Assembly: GCA_036172245.1 (NCBI GenBank)
Contig: JAYWIR010000002.1
Coordinates: 1,798,001-1,862,000, forward strand
Direction: 5' to 3'
From: Raillietiella orientalis
Lineage: Eukaryota
Length of the DNA stretch: 64,000 nt
In this document: piece after piece, positions 48,147 to 61,100 of the stretch
Layout: each line of letters starts with the position of its first letter
Numbering within the stretch: the first letter of the stretch is position 1
The notes under the pieces: generated by a model
What the model was told of the DNA's origin: nothing
Databases searched by the model: none
Seen by the model: only the letters and a program-made list of their open reading frames with translations
Translations under genes and position numbers: made by a program

Positions 48147-51100
48147 ACACCCACCCGCTCGGGGGTGCCTGCCTCAGCCCTTTTGTTTCTTCGTTTGTCT
48201 CCCCTTCCCAACCCTTTTCTCGCCATTCCCTGAGGCGTTCGAGAAAGGACATTCTCCTTCTGGAGGAGGGCATTTCCGTGGAACGGCTCTCTGAAGAACT
48301 GTCCGTCGCAACTGAGATCTCGTTCCCGGTCACAGCCGGTCCTTCTGCAACACCTCCTCCCCCTCCCCCCTTCCCGCCAAGATGCTGCTTTCTCCACGTT
48401 CCACTACGAATGGCCTTGAGTTTGCTGCAAAATCATCCCGCACGTGTTTCCTTTTATTTTATTTTTTTTCCGTCTTCTCCTTTTTGTTTGTTTGTTTGTT
48501 TTCCCGCAGAGGAATCGGAAGACTGGAAGAGAGGAGAGTCACACAGCGTGACCCTTGCCATCGTTCCTGTTTCCCCGCTTCTCTCCCTTCTTCCTCCTCT
48601 CTCCTCCCCCTGGACACTCGCGCGTTTTCATGGAAACGCGCGATCGCCGGCATTCGAGCTAATTAGAACGCAGAACGCAGACCACCCAGAGAAAGGGCAT
48701 CCGGGTTTTTTTTTTGAGGGTAGTCGGGGGAGGGGGAGGGAAGGATAGTCACGGAGCTTTGCTCACGGCCCTTTGCAGGCAGCGCTGTGGAGAATCGTGG
48801 TTGTCCCGAGGAGGAGACTCACCCATAGAAAGGGGCTAGAGAAGGGAGGGTAGAAGCCCTGCTGCCCGAGTCCGGGAGCCCAGAGGTCCTGCAGGTACGC
48901 AGGAAAGAGGTCCATCGAGAACCGGCTGGAGGGATCAATGGGTGACGACGTTGGTTGGAAGCTCAGCCCTAATATTTTCAGGACTTTTGAAGCGGTCCAG
49001 AGTGTCTGCGGACAGGGAGGAGCCGCCTCGCAAGGAGATTCGTTTCCGGGAGACTGCCCCCTTTCTGGTTTCCCGGTTGCTTTGGGATTTTCTCGAAATA
49101 TCCTGGAGAGGGGAGGAAGACGGGAACGAGTTCCTTTGGAGGATGAATCAGACTGGTGGGGTGTGGCGCTGCAACCAGAGCAGCTCCGAAGATGACGGCA
49201 CGCATCTTCGCACGAGCGGGCGCTGCAGAGGGGTTTGGGAGAGTGCGGATGCTGCTTCCTTCCCGTCCCTTTTCTCCAGGGAACCGACAGTGGTCGACAG
49301 TGAGCGCAGTCGGGAACTGACTTCATCGATCTCAAAAAACGGCTCTCCCGATGAGAGACAAAGCAGCGGCAGCTCCCGCTTGAAGAAAACGGACACTTGG
49401 CATCTACTGCATCTTCCCTCCATCTCCCTCCCTCTAACTCACCCTTGCAGAGACTTAGGGATGGAAATGAAAGGGAAGTGGGGAGGGGAGGGGGAGAAAA
49501 GTACGCGCCTGTCAGAGGGGAAAGTTAATGGGAAGTATGGGGGACTTCTCGTTCCAGAAAGTTTGCTACTCCTTCCCTCTTTCCTTCCTTGGATCAGACA
49601 CTTCCGCAGAACGGCTCTTGAGGAGTTCCGCTTTTTCGTGCCAGGGGTTAATCGCTCCCCTCACCGTGGCTTGCAGGAGACTCTGACTTTTTGCTTCTTT
49701 CTTGCATGGGGTCCTGCACTCAGTCATCCAAGGAAAGCACAGGATTAAAAGGAGTCACCGCAGTCATTCAGATGTCTCTGGCACCTCCGCGGAACCATCA
49801 AGGTTTTGCGAAGGCTGCGCCCCTGTAGTCTCGAACTACCCAGATTTTCCAGTATTTTCCTTTTCTTGCGACTCCCATTCGAAAAATGCGTAACCGTGGA
49901 GTAATAGACTCCACCTCTGGAGTACAACCTCTGGCTGACTCGTTTTCAGATGAGCAGATTCTGCTCCCTCCTTAAATCAGAGGATTCTGAAGGGCTCTCT
50001 TGAGGATTCTCATTATCCCTGCTCTTCCCTTCAGCTCCTGCTTATCGCATTCAGAAGGAGTGTTCCCTTTCGTCTGCCTGCCTTGAGGATAGCCAGAATT
50101 ACCGATTTCCACCCGGTCCTACTATTACACCTTCCTTCATCCCCGATGAGTCCCTCCAAAATCAGATCCCTTTCCTGTTCGTAGCGGAGCACTTTGCCGA
50201 GAGCCTGTTTAGTGGTCCAGAAAGAATCCTTCCCGGGTTTCTGATCCGGAGAGTCCTGGTTTCATCAGGCGGCTGGCATCGCGCCTTTTGCGACTCGCCG
50301 CCCGTGACCTTACGTTGCTGTCTATTTCAGCTCCGGCAGGACTTTCAAGGGAAAGTACGCTGGCGGTGTTGCGCATACTCCGGACAGTGCATCTTCCTCC
50401 TCTCACTCTCAGTTCTCGCGTCCCACTTCTCTTCACTTGTCGCCTGAGAGCACAGGCTACGAATCAGCTGACGACTATTGCAACCGAAAATTTTTCCTAC
50501 CCCCATGGCGTTTGCTTCGCAAAGATACTGCCTGGCAGAGGAGGTTTTCAGAGAAGAGCCGGTAGAAACTAAAAACAGACGTTAAATCTGATGAAGTCTT
50601 TCAGCGGACGTGTCTTCTTGTGTGGCGTCCGAAAACATGAAGGACCTGTCGTTCGATTGGAAAGCACTTTCGATTTGGTACTTTCGAAGCAAATGAGAAT
50701 AGGATTTTAGAATATACCCCTAGGCGGCTGGCGCACTGGGAGACCATCATGCCCTCGTACATTTTATCTACATCGTAATATTGCATCTATACGATGTAGT
50801 AGAATACAACTCGATTCTAGAACTTGTTAGTCTGCCTCTGAGTTACAGGAAACAAAAAGCTATCATTCCTTTAAGGAATATTGAGGAATTCGGTTTTTGA
50901 AATTTGCGCATTCTATCGACTAGTCAATCACGAGTGACTAAAAAAAATGCGAAACTCAACTAGCAAACATGCTCTTGTTACCTGTTCATATTCGTGATTT
51001 CCCAGTGAAAACGATTTTTTCGGAGTTTTGTTTCCCAACACACTACTTTAAAAAAAAAAAAAAAAATTTCAGTCCAATCCCTGCATTCATAGCATCGCGT

Positions 51101-51535
51101 CAATACTCAACTTGGTTATACATTGTATGCTCGCTCTCCGAACCTTTCTCCCGATCACGCTTCGCCTTCATGCAACCATGGCAACCCCATGATGTAATCA
51201 CGGTTCCCCATTTACTGTGCAAGCATTTGCTTGTTTGACAGGATGGCATTCATTTGCCGGGTCATACGTTCGAGTGTTATCCTTTCAAGGCTATTTTGCA
51301 TACAGATCTCCGTCGAGAGTTTCTATTAGTAGGAAGTTCCCTGCCGATCTTCCCGATCATCGGTGAGAAGTTACTTTTCCCTCCATTACGGAGAGCTGTC
51401 TACGCTCACGAAATTTGCAGAACGGCACTGCGGTCCTCCAGATGATGAAGATGCACATCGCAGCTGTCTTGCAGTTGTTTCGAGAGAAGAGTCAGCTCAT
51501 CCGAGAACTATTCTATTCCAGAATCGGTGAAAATG

Positions 51536-51555
51536 CACACACACACACACACACA
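51536..51555. repeat. (CA)n microsatellite
   Basis: About ten CA units seen directly. Confidence 0.85.
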
Positions 51556-54500
51556 TATGGAACAAAACGAAGCAAGTAGGAGGGAGGATCCACGTGTAAA
51601 TTTCCCCAGCAGATCGGAAGGAGAGATCTGTGGTGCTTGCCACGCCGACGAGGAACGATGCCATGACGGCCTGGAAGTTCCGAGAAAAGGGAAACGGATG
51701 TGCGCGTGCGTTTTTGCTTTCCGAAAGGAAGACGTCCGTGCCTTCCCCACGAGGCCATAAATAACTTGCCAGACAGACTTTAACGGGATGAGAGAGCAGT
51801 CCTGATAATCGACTGTTGTCACTACAATGTCTCGCACGGGCGACGCAAGAACGCGGTCCACTTGTTGATGCGGTTCTGCTGCTGAGACGGCGGGGTCCGT
51901 CGCGGTCGAGGTGGGCGCGCCGGTCACATCCTCACCGCCGACGCCTCTGAGAACGCTTCTTAGACGCGATGAGTGGGGAGGTGAGGGGGAGAATCCAGTC
52001 CAGTGCGTGGTCCCCGAAGAGAACCTCCCTCTCGAGGGGATGGGGGAGGGCTGCCTGGACGACGACGCCTCCGCGTTCCATCCTCCCCTCGGGTCGTCGC
52101 GAATGCGTCATGGTGGGCAACGGGGGGCAGGGGGAGGGGGAACGCGGAGAAAGGGGGAGAGGAAGAGATCACTGACCGCAGCCTTGTCTGCGGCTCCGCG
52201 AGGTCCAGCTTGCGCGGACGGTGGCTTCTCGCTCAAGAGAGCTGGGAGCCCGCGGAGGGGTCAATTGGGAGGCGGCGACGCTTTCTCCTCCCTCCCCCCT
52301 CCCCTTCCTCTCCTTCCAGAAAAAAATTCCTCTGCCAATACGAGACAACGAGTGAATCTCCTCCCCTCCACGACCCCCTCCCAGGATTTGGGGGAGGGTT
52401 CTTATTAGCAGGCTGAACGAGAGAGAGTGGCCATCTCGACCCACTCCATTCCTTCCCCTTCCTCTCCTGAGACGATCCCCGAGGGTATCGCATGTTCCAA
52501 GCCCCGGGAGTGCCAGCAGGAAAATCCTCCGCCTCTCACCCTCCGCGAGAGAGCGCGAGGGTTCGAAAGTCCCGGGGAGCGTTCGGACGGGGAGTCACGA
52601 GTGCGCCTTCTCTGCGAAGACGACGAAGACGCCGCTTCCCACTGGGGAGGAAGAGGGTGTTGTGGACCCGAGCTGTGGGTTCCTCCCAGGTCGACGCACG
52701 TCTGTGGGTGCTAGAAGCAGGAACGTCTTCTTCCTCGCTCCCGGATGGCCTCCCGAGGCTGCCAGAAAAATCCTTCGTTATAGTCAAGGAAGCATGGGGT
52801 GGAGGAACGGGTGGAGTGGCCAGCTCCCGCAGCGAGAAGAGAACGGTGACCTCCGAGGTCGCGAAACCTCCGGAGACGAAAGGATGGACGTTCCCGCCAT
52901 CGCCTGCTCACTCGGAGAAGATGCAGGACAAGGAGAAGGGGAGGGGGAAAGAGGAGAAGGGAAATGGTGACTCGGTCGAGAGGAAGGGGGATAGGGGGAG
53001 TGTCCGAAGCAGGGTCCCTCAGGTGCCCAGGGGTGCTCCTTTTTCATGCTCGTCGATGCTCCGACCAACCCCGGAATCCCGCCTGTTTGGACCTTCTTCC
53101 GGGGAGATGTCGGGAAGTCCTCGCCGCCGACCCTGGTGGAGGTTCGAAAAACCCCAACATCCCTCCCTCAGCCCTTTCTGTTCCCTGCTCCGAGTGTCCT
53201 CGGCGGACCACTCCAGGAAAAAATTCTCTTTCCCCGTCTCCCGTCCTCGTGAGCAGTTCCTTCTCGCGCTTCCCACTCCCGAATCTTCTTGGAGAATTGG
53301 GAATTCTTCCAGATCGGGTGCCGCCCTTCACCGGAGGCTGATACCGCCCTTCCCAGGGTTCTCGGAGCAGGAGCGGGAGATCACTGGGAGCGATCGAGGT
53401 TCCTGAAGGGGGAGGTGCAGAGCTCTCGAAGGTCTTTCCGACCGTGATATCGTTACCGTGGCAACGGCGCAAGCACTCCGCAGGGAGCCCCCTGCGGAGA
53501 ACACGTGCTGTAACGACTGGATCTTCCACAAGATGATTCTGCGTTTCATGGGCTTGCCATCTTTCTTCGCAGAGCATCGCTGCTTGGAAGAGCACCAAGA
53601 CTTCTGCTTCACTCTGTCAGGATGCAGGAAGGATTTTCTCAAAGGACAACAGCAAACCCGTCCCGAGGAAGTGGCTTTTCCTTCCGTCGGCGAGGGACAC
53701 ATGTCCTCTTCATCGTTACCAGAGATGTGTTTTCCTTTTTCCCCCACCAGCATCGAATCCATTTTCATCATCATCCAACTCTCCTATCATCAAAAACCAA
53801 AAGAGACCCAGGCTTGATGAAAATTTTTATTTCTTCTCCCTATCACATAGTCACATATCCTTCGTTATAATTTCCTTTAATCGAACCACCAGCATCCACT
53901 TCGCTTGCTTTCTCTATCGTCTGTCTACTGGAGTTCTTCTTAAAGTCTATTTCTAAGTTTGTAGAGATTTGCCTCCTTCTCTTTCATAAAGAGGAATCTT
54001 TTCATGGATTGAGTTTTTTATACAAGTATTTTTCGTGTATGTTGGTCTTCAATAGAACTCTCTTCATGTGCCTTTTTTTTCGTTACAGGTTTCTCGAATG
54101 TTCTTTATTTCCGACAAGTATCCTGTAATTTGGAAGAAAAATTTGAAAAAAAAAAAAAGAAGGAAGGATCTGGAATGATGAAGTTGTCTGGGTGCACCAC
54201 AATTCAACCTCGAGGAAAGGAAGTATACGACATCTTGAGAAGACAAATAATGCCCATTCTTCGTGTTCGAACTGAATGAAAGCTATCAGTTACAAAGACT
54301 GGAGCAGTTCTTCACCTAAAGTGGAGGAAACCAAAAATGAATTTTGAGTTTTGGGAAGTTCAGATAACTTCGTCACGCCAGTTATGAAACTTGGGATTCA
54401 ATTCGTGAAAAGTCAGGATATGGATAGCAATAGGTCGTCGACATTTGAGAGTCATTCTCGTAAGATGACAGAACTAATTTACACTTTATCTAGGAAAGCA

Positions 54501-55136
54501 AAAGACTGTTTTTCTCGGATGCGAGTTTATGAAATTAAGGACTGCCAACTTTCAGAGTTTGTAAATCATAATCAGAAACTGCATTACAAGCATATTATAA
54601 TTTTATGAATGTGTTCCGCATATGTTCAAGAGTGTATACGAGCAACCAGCTCTCCATAATTAATTCTAGAGATCTGATTTCAAAACCTCTTTGCATTCAG
54701 AATATCATACTAGGATATTTAAAAAAAAAATACTTCGAAGCAGCTGAAACTAATCTTCTGGAGGTTTTTTTTTTCCCTCCCTAAACAAATGAGTTAATTT
54801 GCATGGATACTTGCTTTTTCGGAAAAGTTACCTAAATATGTTGGCAAGGCTTACTGGTACTAAGCATGTGATCTGTGTAGGGGTTTGTTGCTTTTGCAAG
54901 TGATACCTGCGCATGAATGTTGAGCGACGAGAAGCATGTGTGAACACTCTGCAGTGATCTCGAGGAAAACGTCGAAAATGTTGTCATATTAGCTCTTTGG
55001 AATACCAATACACAGTATGCACTATGTACGTTTGTGTCAGAATACTTCACAAGTTCCCGTACCTAAGGAATGTGAACAAAACTAAAGAATGTAGAAATTG
55101 TGTCGTTACGAACTTCTTTTTTTTTGAATATATAAT

Positions 55137-58100
55137 ATGCTTGAGAAGTTAGTTGCATGGATACTTAATAATTACTTCGGGAAGTATTTGGAAAATCTTA
55201 ATACTGATCAGCTGTCAGTAGGTCTGTTACAAGGTAAGATAGTGTGGCCAGATGTATGCCTTGTGAATTCGATGCACACGTGATGTATTTTTCATTTATC
55301 ATCAGAAGGGTGCTGTCAACAAATCGTTTAAAGACTTCATCTGTTGTTAGCTTGGGTCAAAACAAAGTAATGTTTGGTGTCCTTCTGTATTTCAACAATT
55401 TCATTTGATGGTGTTTGAGCATAGTTGTAATAACGATAAAGTAATGCAAAAATAATGTAATTAACGTACATTATAGTACCATGCGGATGAATGAATCAGT
55501 CCAGACTTTCATGCAAAATTAATGTGCCATAGCAATCAACTGTTATGTATTTGTTATTTGCAGGTCAGGTTGAATTAGAAAACTTACCAATAAAGAAAGA
55601 TGCATTGACTCACTTTGACATTCCACTGGAAGTGAAAACTGGATTCGTGGGAAAGCTTAAAATAATTGTACCAGTTACTAGTCTGAGAACTGGATCATGG
55701 AATCTCTCAATAGAACAGTTATATGTTGTTTTGAAACCTTTCAGTGAAAATGAGGTAAATAAAAATGCTTTCTTTGCCGATAAAAAATTCATTTTGTTTC
55801 AGCCATTCAAGAAATTCGAGCTAATTCAAAATTTAAATTTATTAGACTCTTTAAAAACTATATGGGCGTCAGAAAATGCTTCTAAACACACATCATATTA
55901 TGAATCTTCATATTCATCTTGGAATGAATACTGGACAAACATTGTATCCCATGTTATAAACAATATTCAGGTATTTTATTATTTAGGAATTTTTTAGCTT
56001 TCTTTGAAGCATTAGACTCTGGAAGATAATATTATTGACAAACTGTTTTCAGATTTTGGTTTTCAAAGACTTCCTAACATATATTCATCAAGTGTATTAC
56101 AAAATAAATGAAATCATCCTGCATTTTAAAGAATGAGTCATAAACACATTTAGAAATTTGGAAACTTAACGATTTCCTAAATCTATACTTGTAGTTATGA
56201 AAATTGCATCTAATATAAAATTTTTCCTTTTTATGGAATAGAATTAATAGCACTAATGGGTAATACCAGTTAATCATTATCTTAATTTGCAAACAGTTTG
56301 GCTGGCCGGATGAAAGAATTCCAAAGATTAGTGCAGAAGGAAAACAGTCTTTCAAAATCTGAGATTTTAAAGAACTTATTCTAAGTGTGTCAATCACTGT
56401 TCCAACATTAGTGTATGACTGCAATTTGTGGAATAGTTGCATCAACAAAAGAAAAGTTCACAATTATTAAGTTATGTAAAATCTAGTTTCTGCATAAATG
56501 TAGACACCATAATGAATTTGAGAATGAAGGAATAGAAATAGCAGGAATGAAAAGTATGCAGTAAGAATACATGTGTGCAATACATACTGCATATTCTTAC
56601 TACATGTGTGGAATACATATGTATTGCACACATATGTTTCTCTTTATCTCTTTTATACTATCTCTTTATGATATTTTCGTATCCAGGACAGAGCATGAAC
56701 TAAATGAACTTAAAATCCTTTCAAAAGGCTTTATTACAAGTGATTATTCTAATCAAACTTTATTATATGATGACTAATGAAATAAACTCTAAAGTGGAAA
56801 GAAAGATGTACGAATGTTTATCACAAACTAATTTGGATAATATTAGTTACAATTAATTGGAATAAAGTTCTCGAAAGATAGAATATTTAATGCCATGTGT
56901 ATGCATGCAATTGGATCAACATCAACAGTTATGAATTGAATATGACATATGTATGTGATTTGTATGTAAAAAAGAATTACAATTCTTAAGTCTGTGCCAG
57001 TTATATGCAATAATAGTGAAATTTCTTTGGTATTGTGAAATAAGGTATACTGGAGAAAGTGCATCAATGTATAAATCTTTATTGATTTTATAAATAAAAC
57101 ATGTTCCCATTGATGGTTGTAAAAAGAAGCTAATGTTTTTGTGATTTTTCATAGTGCATGGGCTAATTTATAATTATGTGAATATTGAAAATGTTGGAAA
57201 AAAAAAAATAACTAAGGCTAATGTTTTAGTTGACAGTCCAAGATATTCATATACGATATGAAGACAGTGAAAGCAAATTGCAATCGCCATTTGCATGTGG
57301 TCTTGTTCTTCATTTTCTCAGTGCATATAGATGTAATGAGCAGCAGTTATCAAAATTGGTTCCCAAGGAAGACCAGAAAACCTCTGTTAACATTTTTGAG
57401 ATACAAGGATTAGGAATATATTGGAAAACTAATGCTAAAATGTTTGGAGATCTGTTTCTGTCCGACTTTGTGGTGAGCTCCATATGAGATTTTAGATTGT
57501 GTTGGTATGCAATAAATTAAAACTCATTATGAAACTTCATTATGAAGAAAGCATTTCTATATTAGTATTAGACGAGGTGCTTTCAGTAGGAGATTTTGAT
57601 GTATTTGAGTAATAATATTGCCTTTTCTCAGCTTTAAGATCCAAGATTCTTGATTAAAATGAGACATATTTTAATGGAGTAGATTAAATGCCTGCTGTGT
57701 AATATTCAGACATGCAGTCTTTTTCTTAGCTCTTGCTTTTTTCAAAAGCAGTTGAAATTATTATTTAATTCGAATTTAGAATTGTAATCTTTAAAAGTAT
57801 CCCTTATGGAAAACAGATCAACTGCATAACTAGGGCTCATAATAATTTGAATTTTATTTAAACCTTTGTGGCTGGAAGCATATTTCAGTCAACCAATAAA
57901 TGCAGATGATTAAAGATGATGCCACTGGTAGACACTTGCATTTTGAATTGACTTTCCATTTATTCTATCTCTGAGCAAATAATTTCTTCACCGATCATTG
58001 AGAGTTTATTTCCAGCCATAATGTGATCAAAATATTAGGCATCTAAGCAACCAAGATAAGTATTAGTCCTTTGTTTTTTGTATTTCAGGTGGAAATGCGT

Positions 58101-61100
58101 AATCAAGTAACAAGTTTATCAAAAATAAATTATCTCATGTCTCCTTTGAGTGCCAAAGTTAGAATTTGTCGCAACCAGGCTCCCTCTGATTTACAAAATA
58201 GTTCTTTAGTTTTTGTATCTATCAAGATTGACAGAATTTATTTTCAACTGAATCAGGTACTTGATCTGTGATCCTGTATTCCTGTTTCAGTATAATCAGT
58301 AGAACAATAATATTGAATTTACATGTTACTGATTGTAACATGACTGTATTACAATGCTTGCGTTCTCTTTTTAGGCAATTTACAACAGTGTTATTCTGTG
58401 GTCTCGAGAATTCAACTGCTTTAGTAAATCTCAATTGTATCTTCTGAACAAGCCAAGGAAAAGTGTAATTGGTAATGCTAGACTGTGGTGGCAGTATGCA
58501 ATCAAAGTCCACATATGCATGGCACAGAAACAAAAAGTCAGATTTTTCTGGAGTACTTTCCGTCAGCATTTTAAAAATTGCCTTTTATATGTGGAAACAT
58601 ATGAACAGAGTCTGGATGTTTGTAATGCAAATGTTGACATTGAGTGTAGGACAAAATTGGAGGAGACATTCAGTGATGATGTGACACAATTGCTGAGAGA
58701 TATAGCAATCTTTAGAAAACAGTGTAAAAACCAAATTTCGGAAATTTCTGTTAGTCAGCGGGTTTTGCAAAAATTGTTCCCTTTGTGGAGTGGCTGGTAT
58801 GAAAAAAATGATGCACCTACCCATGAAGACACTAGCAAAACAGTGTTAGATGATGAAATACTTGATGCCATTGAAGAATCTTTGCAGTTACCATTGGCTT
58901 CTGCTAGTAATGGCATCTTAGTTAAATTAAACTTCTGTTTGGGAAAAGCAATATTTTCAATGATTAACATGGAAGATGAGGATTCTCCAACATCTTTACT
59001 GGATCTAGAACTTGGAACTGTGAAATCAACTTTCGAATTTCATTCTTGTGCAAATGCCACTTATTTTACACTGATTGTCAGCTCAATTTTGTTACAAGAT
59101 AAAATGAATAAGAAATCATTGTTCCCTGTGTTAATAGGGAATTCTTTGATTGGAACTGCAGATGTAGTAACTCCAGTTTTGAAATCAAGTGACTTTAGTA
59201 TTCATAACATGGGAAAAATTCAAAAATCTAAACAGAAATCTACTCTTTGGTTGCAGTATGAAATAAATCCTAATGCAGATTGTGATTACAGGTAAGCTGA
59301 GTTCAGATAAAATGAATGAATTTTCTGTTGTTTTGTTATCTTTGAGCATTGGGTCTAAAGCTTTAAAATGAGTAATTTTACATGCTCAGATTATTAAACC
59401 TAATGATACTTGGAATGTGTAGGAATAAAGTTCTGATATATAAAGTGTGAGATCATTTTGGATTTAAAAACCGAGTTTTTATGATCATGGTTCATTTATT
59501 TTAACTGCATGTTTGAGTAGTAATAGTAATTTGCATTTTACTAAATAGAAACGAAAATTTTATTGTAGAGTTCTTGCTTGCAGAGCATCTTGTGAAAATG
59601 GTTACCCAAATAATCACTTGAGATGTCATTACAAGCTTCAATAAATTTTTGTGTATTTTAGATAATAAATTCTTAATTTGTGATAGATTATTGATAAAAA
59701 AATTATACTCAAGTATTCCATATGTATTTTGTTTCCTTGCAGGTTCCATATGTGTATGAGATCTTTGGAAATTGTGTACACTTCTCAGGTGCTGAATAAT
59801 ATTCTGGAATTTTTTAAGTTGCCAGATATTCCTCAAGGGTATATTTGTGATCAGAGTTTTAGCCATTGTTTTACAGATGCTGCAAAAATGAAATATCAGA
59901 AAATCAAAACTCAAACAAAATTAGAGTTGCAAAGGAATTGGAATGACCTACTGAAGGGAAACTTGGTAAATAAGCTATGCTTAAATTGTCATATTTAAGA
60001 TAACCTATTGAATTATAGGATAATTTCAAGAAATGGGATGTGAAAATAGATATACATGCCCCTCAAATTCTTGTGCCAGAAAGCATTTTTGATAGTTCTG
60101 CAGCCATTGCTGTTTTTGATCTTGGTAAACTGCATTTGTATAATCTGGAACTGAAGAAAGGGAACTCCACTGGTTTGTTAGTGTCGTTTTTAAATATATA
60201 TCGTTTCTATCTTGAATTAGATGAATTTATGACACCTTGTTCATCTCCATCTGAGTTTGAGAATGAAAGTTTGGATGCATTCAGAATGTCTCTTGCTTCC
60301 AAATTGGAATCAACGCTTAATGAAGATGCATTGCAGCAGAAAATATTTGAAAGGCACTAAATTGATTTTTATTTACAATTTTGCTGAGCTCTTTTTGTTT
60401 CTAGTTTAGTTACGAGATTCGCTTTGGAAATAGCAGAATCTCAGGTTATCATTTGTGATATTCATGACAATTGGAAAGATGCACTTGTTCAAGGTTCAAG
60501 CAGCTATCATGTGTTAGACAAATTTGATATCAGCCTTAAGGTAATAAAGTTTTTAGTTGCAAGTGTGCATGTCTTTTTGTGTTAGTTTGAAAAGTGTCCT
60601 TCTACATTAGATAAGATAAAAATTCCCAAAATTGCTGTTTTGGGCAACTTGCATCAACTGTCTATTCACATGAGTGAAGCCAAACTCCTGGCAGCATGCA
60701 CTTTATTTGACTCTTTTGCTGGTCTCTCCCTCCTGTAAGTTGCTATTCAGCTTTAGCGTTGAAATATTTGAAGAATAGTCAGAAATTTCTTGAGGATTCT
60801 CAGAATACCGAAACACATAGTGTCACATCTTCACATGACCAGTTTATGGAATATTCAAGTAGTGATGTATCCGCTGACCTTATACCAGAAAGCAATAGTA
60901 TTATCGTCGCAAAACTGCAAGCTGAGCTAGTATCATTAGAAGTAAGAGCGTTTTCTAATTTGTTATTGGATTCTTGTTTTTTGCATCACAGTGAAGTTAA
61001 ATAAATTGTGGCAGATTTTTTAACTAGTGTTTCGAAATTAATAAACTTAATTTCGCACTCCAAGTGTATCCAATGTTTATTTTTAAGCTCCAAAAAAAGG

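Noticed and set aside
50588..50640. CTGATGA ... GGACG/CGTCC-GAAA resembling a hammerhead ribozyme core
   Set aside because: An 11-nt gap separates CUGAUGA from the stem, and stems I/III could not be identified.
27870..53800. Dozens of long overlapping ORFs (100-530 aa) on both strands in the GC-rich region
   Set aside because: They are low-complexity R/G/P/S/E translations expected from stop-poor GC-rich DNA, with no domain motifs. Only the three activin exons show family motifs and matching splice phases.
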